Source of the DNA: Gekko japonicus
Lineage: Eukaryota
Length of the DNA stretch: 64,000 nt
NCBI RefSeq assembly: GCF_001447785.1
Contig: NW_015169798.1
Span: forward strand, 531,764 to 595,763
Direction: 5' to 3'
Position 1 is the stretch's first letter; every line of letters starts with the position of its first letter. Both the position numbers and the translations under genes were made by a program. The notes beneath the pieces are model-generated. The model made no database searches. It was not told the origin of the DNA and saw nothing but the letters and a program-made list of their open reading frames with translations. Shown here one piece after another: positions 47,245 through 60,254 of the stretch.

Positions 47245-50200
47245 GGGTGGAATCTTTGTCTAGGGGCCAATGGTGGCTCTTGGCAGCCCTGCCAAAAGAG
47301 TACTCTGGACTGTGAGAGATGAGATCACTGGTTGGTCAGACCATGCGTGGACCGAATGCATGATTTCGCAGGCAGACCAAACAAAATCACAGAGACAGTG
47401 GGCTTTAAACACGTTTTTATTGGAAAATCCAGAACTTAGGAAAGGAATAGAACAAGACATTAAGTTATACTTCCAAAAAAAAAATGAAACAAATGAGGTT
47501 TCCCCGACCACATGTTGGGATGCTCTGAAGCCCGTATTGCGGGGTACACTCATTTCTAAGGCTTCTTTCCTAAAAAGACAAAGGCAACAGGCAGAAACAG
47601 CCCTTCTGGAAAAAAATTAATCTTTAGTGCAAAAACACAAAGAAACTGGCTCTAAGCAGGTTCTAAAACAGCTGACACTAGAAAGAAAAGCCCTCAGCAT
47701 GCTGGAAATATCTAAAATTAAAAAACACCTAATTTTTACAAAGCAAAAGTATTGGGTAAAGTGGCCTAGGTCACTGAATCTTTTAGCACACAAGGTTAAA
47801 GAACTTAAAACGTCCAAGCAAATTAAGGCCTTAAAAACTACAAAAGGAGACGTAGTCACAAAAAACACAGATATATTAGAGGTTTTGGAGGAATACTATA
47901 AAGGGCTATATAAATCAACACCTGTGAGTACTGATATACTCTGTGAGACTATGGTTGGGTTCCCTATACATACCAAATTAGAAGATACTCATAGGCTGGT
48001 CATGGAAGAACCTGTAACAGAGAAAGAAATTTAAGACACCATAAAATTACTGAAGAACAAAAAAGCCCCAGGACCGGATGGCTTCCCATCTGAGTTTTAC
48101 AAAGTATTTGCGACACAGCTCTCTGAACCACTAATGAAAACATTCAATCACGTTTTATACACAGGTACTATCCCCACATCTTGGAAACAGGCGACCACAG
48201 TAGTCATACCTAAGAAGGGAGGTGATTTGACAAGTCCTAAGTCATACAGACCTATTTTGTTATTGAACCAAGACATGAAAATATTCACATAAATTTTGGC
48301 CAAGAGAATGAACACCTTTATTTCACAATATATACATACCGACCAGGTAGGCTTTATACCTCATAGAGACCTTGCGGATAACACCATGAAAACGTTAAAT
48401 CTCCTCAAGCACAGCACTGAACTTAAAAAAACCATGGCCCTTCTCTCTTTAGACATAGAGAAGGCCTTTGATATGGTGGAGTTCTTGTATCTCTTTAAGG
48501 TACTCAAAAACATGTGTTTTGGCCCCAAATTAATACAAGCTATAGAAGATCTGTACATTAATCCAACCACCAATATTAAGTCCAATGCGTCACTATCAGC
48601 CAGGATAAACCTTAAAAGAGGCACAAGACAAGGGTGCCCGTTGTCACCATTATTGTTCGCCACTAGCACACGCCATTAGGATGAACCATCGAATTGAAGC
48701 TATCAAAATCAGGAATACGGAATATAAAATTTCAGTGTTTGGAGACGATATGTTGATTTATGTTACTAATCCTTTGCAGTCAATACTTACGTTACTGCGC
48801 ATGTTAACATCATTTGGAGAGGTATCAGGGTTGCGCATTAATCATTCCCAATCAGAAATACTCCCAATTCATATTCCTGAAATGGTTCAATCCCTTCTCA
48901 AACCGCAGTTTCAATTTAGTTGGGTCTCTGATTGCTTAACCTATTTGGGAATAAAAATCCCATTAGACTTGTCTAAACTAATGCATCACAACCACAACAC
49001 AGTGTACAAGGAAATTCACAATACTTTCTCCAAATGGGGAAAACTAAACCTAACCTGGCTTGACAAATTTAATTTGATAAAATTGTTTCTTTTACCAAAG
49101 TTCTTATTTCTGTTTAGAACCATCCCCATTGCTATCCCAATGTCTTTTAAAAAATGGCAAGATTCTCTATTGAAATTTTTGTGGGGGGGATGCAAAGCTA
49201 CGATCGGATTCCACATTCTGAGGAAACCTCGATCCCAAGGGGGATTCAGATTTCCTGACTTAACAACATACCACCCTAGGCTCAAGAAAGAGCGGTGGCG
49301 CAGACGGTAGAGAGTCTGCATTAACAACTATGAACAGCCATTGTGGCTGTTCGAGAACCCACCGCGGCCGGGGTGAGCACCTGGTCCCAGTCCCAGCTTC
49401 TGCCCACCCAGCGGGCCGAAAGCAGTTAACAACTACGCGAGTAGGCTAATGGGTACCTACCCTTAGAAGGGTAGGGGCACCCTCCCCTGATGAGGAGTGT
49501 GGAGATGGCACAGATGACGGTAGAATCATCGGCGGCAATGGTGGTGGCGGAGCATCTGGCAGCGGAGGCGAAGGGCGATGCAGCGGCTGCAGCACCGACA
49601 GAGCGATCCCTGGCGGCGAGCAGACCATTGTGCGACCAACGGCGACGGAGGCGAGAGACTAGGAGGCGCCTGATGATGCGCAACGCTGGGCGAGGCGGAG
49701 CCTGACTGGATGGAGCCTGAGCCAGGAAACAAGCGTGAAAGTCGGGCGCCTGCGCAGTCCTGCCAATCAACAGTCGCCGGGAGGAATGCCAAGAGAGATC
49801 GCCGGGAAGAAACAGCCACGCCGGAGTAACAACGAGGCCCTCCAACTAGGGTGCCGGTAGGCTTCCCCACCCCTATCATGTGTGGCCCAAGTTAGGGACG
49901 AAGGGTTACTAGAACCATTACAGATGTAAACCGCCCAGAGACCCCTAGGGGTTAGGGCGGTATAGCAAGTGGAAAGTTAAAATTAAAAAAAATTTAAAAA
50001 TTTTTTAAAAATAAAGCAACTCTCCTGGCAAATATCATTAAAATATAACGCTCAACATCTCAGCCTGACTGGATCAAATTATGCTCTGATCTTATCCATC
50101 CACACTTGATAGGCCACATGCTTTGGGATAAGAAAATTAATCCTGCAGCTACTAAATCACTTAATGAGTTCCTGACGCCTATGGTCAACTTATGGAAAAC

Positions 50201-51200
50201 AGAAAATTTTACTTACTTGAGGTGTCGAGGTACTCCACTTCTACAAATCAAACATGGTTTGCGGAGATGTGCGATCCCACCCTTCTCAAAATGTGGAAAG
50301 CAGCAGGGCTTTCAGGCTTTTGTGACATTGCGTCTAAAAAGGGTCTGTTTCAGAAAAACGAAATTGAGAAAGCTTTAGGGAAAACAATACCATGGTTTCT
50401 ATATCTGAAATTGCAACATGCTACAAGTCAAATCAAACTTGCATCCATACTGTCTCAACCACACACAGAATTAGAAATGATATTGAAATTATACGACTCA
50501 CATAATACAGGCTTAATCTCAGCCACTTACCAGCTCTTACTAAAAGACAGAAATCCAAAACCGATGTCGTATCAATTATCATGGCAAAAAGACTGCACAG
50601 CCACCCTGGATGATGATGTTTGGTCCATGATTTGGAACCCAGATAGGAGATTCCCCTGCTCAATACCACTGGAGCTGCAGCAGTTCAAAATATTAACGAG
50701 GTGGTATCTCTCCCCTCAAAGAATCTCTCACATGAGCTCGAGGCACTCACCATTATGCTGGAAGGAATGTCAGCAGATTGGCACCTTCGCACACTGCTGG
50801 TGGCAGTGTGAGAAGATCCAGAGCTTTTGGAAAGAGGTACAGAGGTTAGTTAAACACATTATCAACATAGACATGCCAATATGCCCAGAAAGGCTTTTTC
50901 TAGACTACTGGCCACCAAATATAGAAAATCATGTACACAAAAATACCTTGGATGTGATGGTCTATGCTGCCAGGACCTCCATTGCTACATGTTGGAAGGA
51001 CACAAAGCCGCCCGGAACACTGATTTGGTACAAGAAGTCATGGGATCAATTCTTGATGGAGTGTGTTATCTGCAAACTGAACAACGCCGCTCTTCGGTCG
51101 ATCTCTACTAAATTCATGGAAAAGTGTGTTGAGAGATGAAACTGATATTTGCTTGATGGATTTATATTTGCTGCCAGATACTACATGGACTGTACACACA
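47245..51200 (+). mobile_element. L1 LINE ORF2 (endonuclease end, RT, Cys-rich domain), decayed; 3' boundary uncertain
   Basis: WSDHA, KAPGPDG, DIEKAFD, GTRQGCPLSP, FGDD, CWKEC...HCWWQC. Confidence 0.92.
49275..50012 (+). mobile_element. Composite SINE copy B, apparently full length, inserted in L1 ORF2
   Basis: A box GTGGCGCAGACGG, B box GTTCGAGAACC, Sauria core, GC-rich insert, L2 tail TGTAAACCGCCCAGAG...GGGCGGTATA, A-rich end. Confidence 0.85.
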
Positions 51201-52110
51201 TACACCTTAGGCTCAAGAAAGCTGTTCAAATCACCTGTTGTGACAAGATACACATAGATGGTGACTTGCTTTAAGCCTTACATGAGTTTTCTAATACACA
51301 GCCACTAGCCTGAGGGGAAGAAGCACATCGCCATTGTTGCCAGCCAAACAACAAATCAGGAGAAGTAATCCCCCATTGATGAACTGTTGAAAGACACGTA
51401 TACACATCTCTGCTTAACATCTGAAAGAGCATTTCCTGTTAGTTGAGTCTTTGATTACCTGGGAAAGGCAAGTTTCATCTACACATCAAGAAGATTCCTT
51501 GACGCCAAGCTTTCACACTCACCTAGATGCTTTCTCTTGAGTTAGAGTCTAGAGTTTCAATATTGGCCAAACCCTTTAGGTACCCACCCCTCACTACACG
51601 CACCAATGAGATTAGTGAAGGGACAGACTTACAGGTAGGTGGATCCAGAGGATGGCTCAGTTGCCACCCACCCAAAGATTCACCTATAAAAGCTAAGGAC
51701 CATGTGCTTGGTCTTTGCTAGCCGCATTTTCCCCCACCACCCCTATCTGCTTTCTAATCCTCTCATGCTCAGCTTACTATACCCAAATCCTTTGTGTTTG
51801 CTTGATCTTTTGGTCTGCAGTCAAAAGGTCCACACTTGCTGGCTGGTTCTAGCAGTCTGATTTAGAAACATCCCTAGGTTCTATTTTCCTGACCCTTTAT
51901 TCTTCATTGCAACAGACAAGGCTTCAGGACAGATAAGTATAAACCATTACCTACCCACCTGCTAAGTAAAAGGGACTATTTTTGATTCTGTATTTCTGAG
52001 GAACTTGCTTGAATGTGTGTATGTGTCAGCATTGTGTGTATGTGATTTATATTCTTAAATAAAAGACAGATTATTTTGAATCTACCAGCCTCGACTCTTT
52101 CACTGGGAAA

Positions 52111-52608
52111 ACCCTTGGAGTGGATTGGACCTTGGTATAGCTGGCAGGAACCCATATAAAATTTGCCCACTGCTGTACATAAAGCAGTTCGGCTAACAAG
52201 TGGAATCCCATTCTGGACTTTCTCACTAAAAAAGAATTTGTTCCCACATTTTGGTCTCAGTAACATGAATGGTTGTAAATACTGAGCTTCTCTATAGGTT
52301 TCATATACTCATTAGGAGTATAACAAAGATTAGCCTGGCCAGCCACAAGTTTTGGCTAGGATGTCTAAGATACACGGAACTCTGAAACACCAAGTTATTA
52401 CATACTCACAAGATTGATGTTTGGTTACTCTGATTTCTATTGCACATAGTTTGCAGATGTTGAATCTTTGTACATGTTTTACACCTTTACATGATAAGTT
52501 AGCATACTGTTTATGTTCGATGTTCTGTATTTAATGTCAAATTATAAGGTTACTTGATTATACTTTGTGAAAAATTCAATAAAATATTAATAAAATAAGA
52601 AAAAAAGA
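52111..52608 (+). mobile_element. L1 3' end fragment
   Basis: KWNPILDFL-like ORF2 end, AT-rich UTR, AATAAA with A tail, TSD TCACTGGGAAA. Confidence 0.75.
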
Positions 52609-52961
52609 TCACTGGGAAAGTGGGCAATCACAAACAGTGTCATAGAAACTAGGGAAGCAATTATATTCATGGACAGCAGCTATAAAACAAGGAAAGGAAG
52701 GGTTTAAAACAGAAGGAAGTCATTGGTAGGAGGCAGTAAATAGGATGAAGAGAGTTGGTAGGCAAGGGCAGGAAAAATGTGTTTGGGACAGAAAGTGACC
52801 GGCCATGGGGACATGGAGACTCTAGAGCCCTGGTGTGGTTGGACAGTATGGTCTGGATGGAGCCCAGATTACCAGAATCCTGTGCATGATGCCTTGAATG
52901 GAAAAAGGATGGCATATAAATGTAATACATAAGAATCTGAACTGGTTCCCTGTCTCTCCTC

Positions 52962-54805
52962 CTGGGACTTGGCTACAATGACCCATGCAATGGTCACTTT
53001 CAGGCTGGATTACTGTAACTCGCTCTATGTGGGGCTGCCCTTGAATCTGAGCCGGAAATTGCAGCTAGTGCAAAATGCGGTGGCATGCCTGTTGACTGCG
53101 ATGTCTGTGCAGGCGCACATTCAGCCGGTGCTGTGCCAATTGCACTGACTGCCATTTGAGTACTGGATCTGGTTCAAGGTTTTGGTATTAACCTTTAAAA
53201 CCCTATGCAGCCAGGGACCAACATACCTTTGGCACCGTCTCTCCTCATATGTGCCCTGGAGAGCTTTGCGCTTTGCAGATTAATACCTGCTGGTAGTCCC
53301 CAGCACGAAAGATGTCCACCTAGCCTCAGCTAGGGCTGGGTGGAACATGTTCCCACCTGAGATCAGGACCCTGCGGGATCTATCACAATTCCACAGGGCC
53401 CGTAAAACAGAGCTGTTCCGCCAGGCCTTTGGTTGAGGCAGCGGATGTCCAACCATCTCGGCCTCCCTTGCTCATACCGCCCTATTTAATGGCCCTGTGA
53501 TGCTAAACAGCTCTGCACAGCATCTTCCAGTGGATTGGATGCCTTATTGAACATCTAGCCAGCACCCACATGTTGTGAGAAAAATAAAATAGTGGGTTCA
53601 GAAAATTTAAAACCCATTTATACAGTTAATTTTATAAAGAAATCATAGTGTTCTTTCCCTCCTCTATTTCTGTAACTTTCCAAACAGCTAGCAGTACATG
53701 ACTCCCAACATGATTTTTGCTAGGCCTTTGTCTCAAGAGATATCTTTCCTCCGTCTTACACATGAACTAACATCTGCATTACATTGTTCATGAACCTAAA
53801 GAATTTGGAAACATTTAGACCTAAAGAATTTGGAAACATTTAAGAATAAAAGATTGGTATGCACCTGCCATTAAGTCAAGGAAGCCAGGATATTTGCAAT
53901 ACTAAGGCTTGCCTACATGCAGAAACCCACATCTCACCTCCAGCCATCAGACAGTGCCTGAATGTCTGCCCTGAGCCAAGCAAACAAAGAACATCCTAAA
54001 ATCGTAACATTCTTGTCTTTGTCATTAGAGATTTGAATGCTATCTTGCATTGTTTTGCAAAGGAGCATCAGGATGCCCCATTGCCTCTGGAATGTGTGAA
54101 CATCTCCTGGGCCCTGATGACCCACCACTAACAGGGCAATTAGATTAATTGATGCAGTTTATGATTTCGATGGCTCTATTGAAATGTATGGAACCAATAT
54201 GGTATAAAAGGAGAGAAGAGGCTTCATTTCGGGACTGACTCTCAGAGATCCAGAGACGAAGGATTTGCCTTTCGTGATCTCTCTGGGCCAGTCCAGAAGG
54301 CTTCTGCTGCATGGGGGAATTCTTTGTTCTATATATATTCACTGACTGTCTTTTTTTTTAGGAAAGTAAGTATTCTGTTTTGTATTTCTTGTTTGCCTTT
54401 TGTATTTCTTGTTTTGTCTTTAGCAATAAACTATGTTATTGTTCAGATAACCTTGTGTTGCATTCCAGCATTCTACCCGCCTTGGTAAGGGGCACTCACA
54501 GAGACCATCACGAACCTAAAGGGGGTGGGAACAGGTGCAGGTAATACTTTATACAGGGTTAGTTTACACTGTCCAGTGCTACAGTTAAAATTCATACCAC
54601 ACCACACAAGAGGCACTCTGGACTACCGTGAACCAGCCCGCCATCTTATTTGGAATTGGTTTTAAACTGGATTTAAATTGTATATTTTAAGATTATTTTT
54701 ACTATGAAATGACCTGTTGTGACCCACCCTGTGCCTGCTAGCGGGGGAGGGTAATAAATCAGATAGATAGACGGACAGACAGACAGACGGATGGACGGAT
54801 ATAGA
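52962..54805 (+). mobile_element. L2 LINE 3' part interrupted by a solo LTR
   Basis: RLDYCNSLY.GLP...LQLVQNA motif; tail resumes after 54606 and ends in (AGAT/AGAC)n. Confidence 0.85.
53571..54601 (+). mobile_element. Solo LTR, 1031 bp
   Basis: TG...CA termini, 5-bp TSD CCACA, TATAAAA at about 54203, AATAAA at about 54425, 25-bp tandem repeat at 53794-53842. Confidence 0.75.
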
Positions 54806-55126
54806 CACCCCCCCAAACATATAAAGTTACCACCTCTCACCCACCCTTGATGTAAATCTGCTGCACCATAGATAACTGAGTCACTCTACTTCTTATAAAC
54901 AGGGAAGCGCACAGTTTTTTATATTTGATTTGTTCTTCACTTCATGTTTTACAAAGAATTCATGCATGGGGAATGTAGCACATTAGATAAAAGAACTGAT
55001 GTCTGTGTCTTGTGCATATGCCTTTATTACTTGTGCGGCAGTCATTTGAGCAAGGGTGGAAGGGGAAGGATACATTCGGGAAAGCTGCTTTGTTTGTATG
55101 TTTTTGAAGATGCTGGTATCAGTAAG

Positions 55127-55332
55127 CAATGTTCCCTCTAAGCTGTGGAATCTTGTGAGCAAAAATTCTACTTTGTGAGCTACTGGCATTAAAGTTGTGA
55201 GCAAGCACTTTGGGTACTGCATAAATTAGTTTGCTCTGGAGCCATCCTTCCTGAGCTGGGACAAAAATGTGTGAGCCGGAGGCTAAAAAATTGTGAGCTA
55301 GCTCACACTAACTCAGCTTAGAGGGAACACTG
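55127..55332. mobile_element. 206-bp hAT MITE (same family as 20388)
   Basis: TIRs and perfect 8-bp TSD TCAGTAAG. Confidence 0.92.
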
Positions 55333-56904
55333 TCAGTAAGTAATCGTTTCTTCTTTTGATGGGCAAGCTGTTCCAGGACACATATAGACACCTATCCCCA
55401 TATTTCCATATACCAGAGAGCCAGCTCATGAGAAGCCGCTTTCACACTATATTAAGAGGTTTCTGGCTTGCTGCGGGTTGTGCCCTTTTTGTCAGCAGCA
55501 GAAACTTACATGCTTTGAGTCTTTGAATTTCCAAAGCAATTAGAACACTGCATGTAATATTCTTTATGATGCCAGCCTGCATCATTCTTACGAAATCTCA
55601 AAAAATGATTCTAAGAAAGTGTTAAGATTGATAAGGAACCTAAATAGTTGTCTTTTTACCATTCTTTTCTCAATTGAAAGCATCGTGGAAAGCAACCCTA
55701 AACAGGTCTGCACAGAATCCTACTCAGATCTATTCAGTGGGGCTGACTCCAGGGAAATGCTCTTAGGATTACACGGCTTGTCTTTCAATCCAAGCCTATC
55801 TTTCTAAATCTGTGGAGGAGTGTATACTATCCCATATGCTCATTAGTAATGGCTCCGTATTTCCAAGAAGCCCACTCTACTTTTCTAGACTGGCCTATCC
55901 TTACTTGCTTTTTCTATCATGAGTGTTTCTCCCATATTAATGTCCAGACTTTGTGCAGGCTTCTGTTTCTCAGCATCTGCCAGATGTGTCTTCTGCTGAA
56001 ATGCTGTCCTCTTGCCCGCTTCCCTTTTTCATAGTAGGTAGCGGGAAGTGACCTCATGGGCCCACCCTTGGATCCTTTTGAAGAAGCGGCTCCGGCTCTT
56101 CTGCTGCTTGCGCAAAGGTGGCTCCGCTTGTGAGAAGTCAGGAACTGCTCCAGCTGGTGCCACAGCCCTGCCTTCTGCTGAGCCATCCTGTTGTGGTAGT
56201 TATGGCTCTTGAAAGGTTAGTTTCTCAGAGGCAGCCACCCACAAGGAACTCTCAGTCTTCACCTGTATGTGGCTGGTCCCTGCTTGTTCCTTTCCTTTTG
56301 TTTCAGCTAATCATTAGTAACTATGGTTTTGTTCTCCAATACCTCTCAATTTGGCCAAGTCAGCAAAATAATTTGCATTTTTTTTCTCTTGGAATAATTG
56401 GGAGGTTTTGCATACAGAAGTAAATGTTCTGCCTCTGTTAGCTGCCTCATTGATTACTCCCAAAGCTCTATGAAAAAGAACAATTTGCTTTGCCATTTTA
56501 CAGCCTACGTACAATTTACAAGCCAAATGTTAATCTCCCTTAATTATGAATGGTTTGGTTTAGGTTGACTGAACTGTAACTTTAGATATGAACAGATATT
56601 TTAGGGGGATTTTTTCCCCTCTGAAACAAAGCCGGATTTAGAGGTTTGCTGTGAGTAGTTGATTGCACCCTTGATCCACAGCCAAAAGCATTACATTACA
56701 TAAAGAGTTTTGTCTTCATTAGGAATTAATCTTTACTAACCAACTGCCAGATTGTAATGACAGTTTATTAACATGCAGCCCTCTCTGAATGTGGCACATC
56801 TAATTGAAATATTGCATTTGGTACAGAATATTGAAACACACACCTACACATATTAAAATCCAGATTTCCATCTGTGATGCCAGTGAATGCACCATTACTG
56901 GAAT

Positions 56905-56953
56905 GTGCATTTGTTAGATCCAATGGGGTGCATTTGTTAGATCCAATGGGGTG
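56905..56953. repeat. 23-bp tandem duplication
   Basis: GTGCATTTGTTAGATCCAATGGG x2. Confidence 0.9.
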
Positions 56954-57091
56954 TTTCTGCAAACAGAAGGATTTCCATCTGTAGAGCACCATTTCCCTCC
57001 TGTCCAGAAAGTAATATAAAGGCAATGAATTTGACCTCCACAACAGCTAACTCTCCAACTAGGAACATAGAGGACAACTCTAAAGGCCCTC

Positions 57092-57364
57092 TGTTATGTC
57101 TGCTGACCACCACTAGGGGTCAGTGTATAAACCTGAGCTTGATTACATACAAACAATAGGGACTAGGATCCTAGTCCCTCCACTCGGGACCCAATAGGAC
57201 CGTGGCGGGAGATTTGAACCCACCAACAGGACCTAGGGTGTGTCCCCCAGGTGTGTATATAGTTGGCCATCTGGCCAGTATTCTGTGTCTTTGTTGTGTA
57301 CAAGTAAACCATGCTGATCACTGCATCCATCTCTGTGGTTTCTACATGCGTCTAACCCACTACA
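57092..57364 (+). mobile_element. Short solo LTR (273 bp)
   Basis: TG...CA termini, TATATA, AGTAAA signal, flanks CCTC / CTTC. Confidence 0.6.
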
Positions 57365-57519
57365 CTTCACCCTCAGAGACAATATTTCAGCTGATTATTG
57401 GTGACTGATTGTGTGTACTCATATGAACCAGAACCTTTGGCCTCAGGGAGGCTAGTATAAAAATGGGTGTATCTTTCATGATTCGAAAGGAGACAGGAAA
57501 AAATTCTGAAAGAAGACTG

Positions 57520-60250
57520 AAAGAAGAAGATTGTCAGGGAATTTGGGAGGGTGGCATAATAAGCTTTTTGATCCTGATTTTCTTAAAGCCTTAAGTCACT
57601 TTGATATTTTGTTTTTGCAGGAGACTTGGGCTCAGAACCCCACTTCCCTAACCTTCCAAAGACACACCCAAAGGGGAGGGGCCGTGGAGGATTGGCTATA
57701 TTAGTTACTGTGGACCTAAAAGCAGAAATTCAAGTTTTGGAAACTATATGTTCAAATTACATTCAGACACTATTAATCAAGGGTCTGTATACAGATCCTC
57801 TCCTATGCATTAATGTTTATCTATCACCAAAGAGTTCCAAAGCCAATGACAAAGGAAAGCTGTGGGATCAACTTTTCAAAACACCAGAAGACTTAGTGTA
57901 CCAGTAAAGGTAAAGGTTCCCTTGCTCGAAAGCCAGTCGAGTCCGACTTTAGGGTTGCAGTGCTCATCTTCGTTTCAAAGCCGAAGAGCCAGCACTGTCT
58001 GAAGACGTTTCCGTGGTCATGTGGCCGGCATGACTAAACACCAAGGCGCGCGGAACGCTGTTACCTTCCCACTGAAGTGGTACCTATATATCTACTTGAA
58101 ATTTCTTGCTTTCGAACTGCTAGGTTGGCAGGAGCTGGAACTAGAGACGGGAGCTCACTCCGTCATGCGGCAACTCGGGTCTCGAACTGCTTAACTACTG
58201 ACCTTCCACAGCCTGCAGTTCAGCGTCTTATCCCCATTCTAATATGATCCTTGGGGGTGATTTTAATGCTAGGATTGGGTCAAAAAATGTTGAGGCTTGT
58301 GCAGATGTTTATACTGAAATGGCTGAACAAGCCTCTCTTTTAGATTGCCACTCAGTAGACCCTGTAATTAGTAAATCAGGCTTAAAATTCTTAGATATAC
58401 TCTCCGCGTCCAACCTTTATGCAAGCTTTACTTCAATCAGATGCAAAAATTATCCAACAATATGAAGAGATTGTCCAGACTATTAAGCCACTCCTTATTA
58501 AGGATAGACCCTTTAAAACCCAGCCCATTAATAAGTGGTATGATTCAGAATGCAGAAATTAAAAAATTAACTAAATAAATGAGATAAACTAGGCAAAGCA
58601 AGGAGGCACACCAGCTTCAGCAATTAAATACTCTTAGATCACAATATAAGAGCATACTTACAAAGAAAAAAAATGATCATGCCAAACACCTATGGAATGA
58701 ATTGGCCCAAGCTACCTCCGAAAGGAAAGAAATCTGGTTTGGGGAGTTAGTTACACCCAATCTGGGAAAACCACCACAAATTTTGGATGCGCAGATAAGT
58801 AGAAATGTCTGGTTTGAGCACTTCACTAAAGTTTATGAAGCCACCACTCTCACATTGAAGCCAGTTGGAATAGAGCAAAGAGCTGCTCTTACAGAAATGG
58901 AACTGTTACCAGAATGGCATTCAGTGACGGAGCCTGAAGTTGAAACTTTTATTTCAACTTTAGCCTCTGTAAAATCTCCTGGGGAGGATTTAATACCTCC
59001 TGATTTAATAAAAACCTGTCCTAGGTGGTGGATCCCGATATTGGTCAAATTGTTTAATCAGATAAATAACTCGGGTCTATTTCCAACAGGCTGGAAAACC
59101 AGTATAGTAGTTCCTATTTATAAAAAGGGAGCTAGGACAAACCCACAACACTGTCATCCCATAGGTCTCCTTGACACAGCTTCTAAACTTTATGGGAAAT
59201 ACCTCTTGCAAAAGTTAGAAGAGTGGATCCTTGATAATAACATCATATATCCTCAGCAAGCAGGATTCAGAAAAGGACAGGGAACAATAAACCATTGTTA
59301 TACTTTATATCATTTGGCTAACTCAGCAATGTCTGGCCCCACCAAAGCCTTGTATGCGGTATTTGTAGACTTAGCAACAGGCTTTGACTTGATCAATAGG
59401 GATCGGCTTTGGGATAAACTGGAGAAGACAGACATAGACAAGAGACTGTTGTTTTTAATTCATGAGTTATACTCAGATACATCTACAAGCATCAGAGTAG
59501 GCATCTCAGGCTCTTTGACTAGTGAAATATCCACAAGAAAAGGGGTAAAGCAAGGCTGTGTGTTAGCCCCTGCACTTTTCAATTTATACATAAATGACAT
59601 CATACCCAAGCTAAATGGCCCCAAATTTGTTTCACCTACGATAGGCCAGCAGAAAACATCAATACTGCTTTATGCAGATGATATGGTTTTATTCTCCCTA
59701 ACTAGGAATGGTTTAAAGAGACTTCTGGACAAACTAGGAGAATATTGTGATGAAGAGAATCTTACCATCAACTGCTCAAAAACTAAAGTAGTGGTCTTTT
59801 AAATAAGACCTAAAAGACATTCTTGGAACATACAAGGTATCCCTATAGAACAATGCAAGATCTATAAATATTTGAGATTGATTTTTAGTGAAACGCTGAA
59901 CTGGAATGCGCACGTAGCCTCTATTAAAGTATCAGCAACTAAGACAACAGGAGTAATACTGAGATTCTACCGAACCAAGGGGGGCTGTCTTGTAGATCCA
60001 GCCCTCAAGCTTTTTAACAGTAAAGTTATCTCCCATATATTGTGTAGAGTAGAACTTTGGAACTTGATACCCCCTCAATCAGGGCTTGAGCCCATTTACC
60101 TGTCCTGAAATTACGGAAGAAATACCATTTGTTATCAAGTGAATAATTTAGCAAACTTAGTTATTGTTCCTTATTAAGTAAGGATAAAATCCGCTCTGTA
60201 TTTTTTAATAACATCATTTCTCAATACACTGTACCAGATGACTTACTGAG
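57520..60250 (+). mobile_element. RTE-X clade LINE ORF2, decayed
   Basis: LQETW, GRGRGGL, GGDFNARIG, GVKQGCVLAP, LLYADD. Confidence 0.85.
57905..58230 (-). mobile_element. Sauria SINE nested in RTE-X
   Basis: Close match to 7866-8215, lacking the first ~25 nt. Confidence 0.93.
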
Positions 60251-60254
60251 ACCC

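Noticed and set aside
49487-49530. CTGATGAG hammerhead-like core in composite SINE copy B
   Set aside because: No stem II with GAAA follows, and it is absent in copy A
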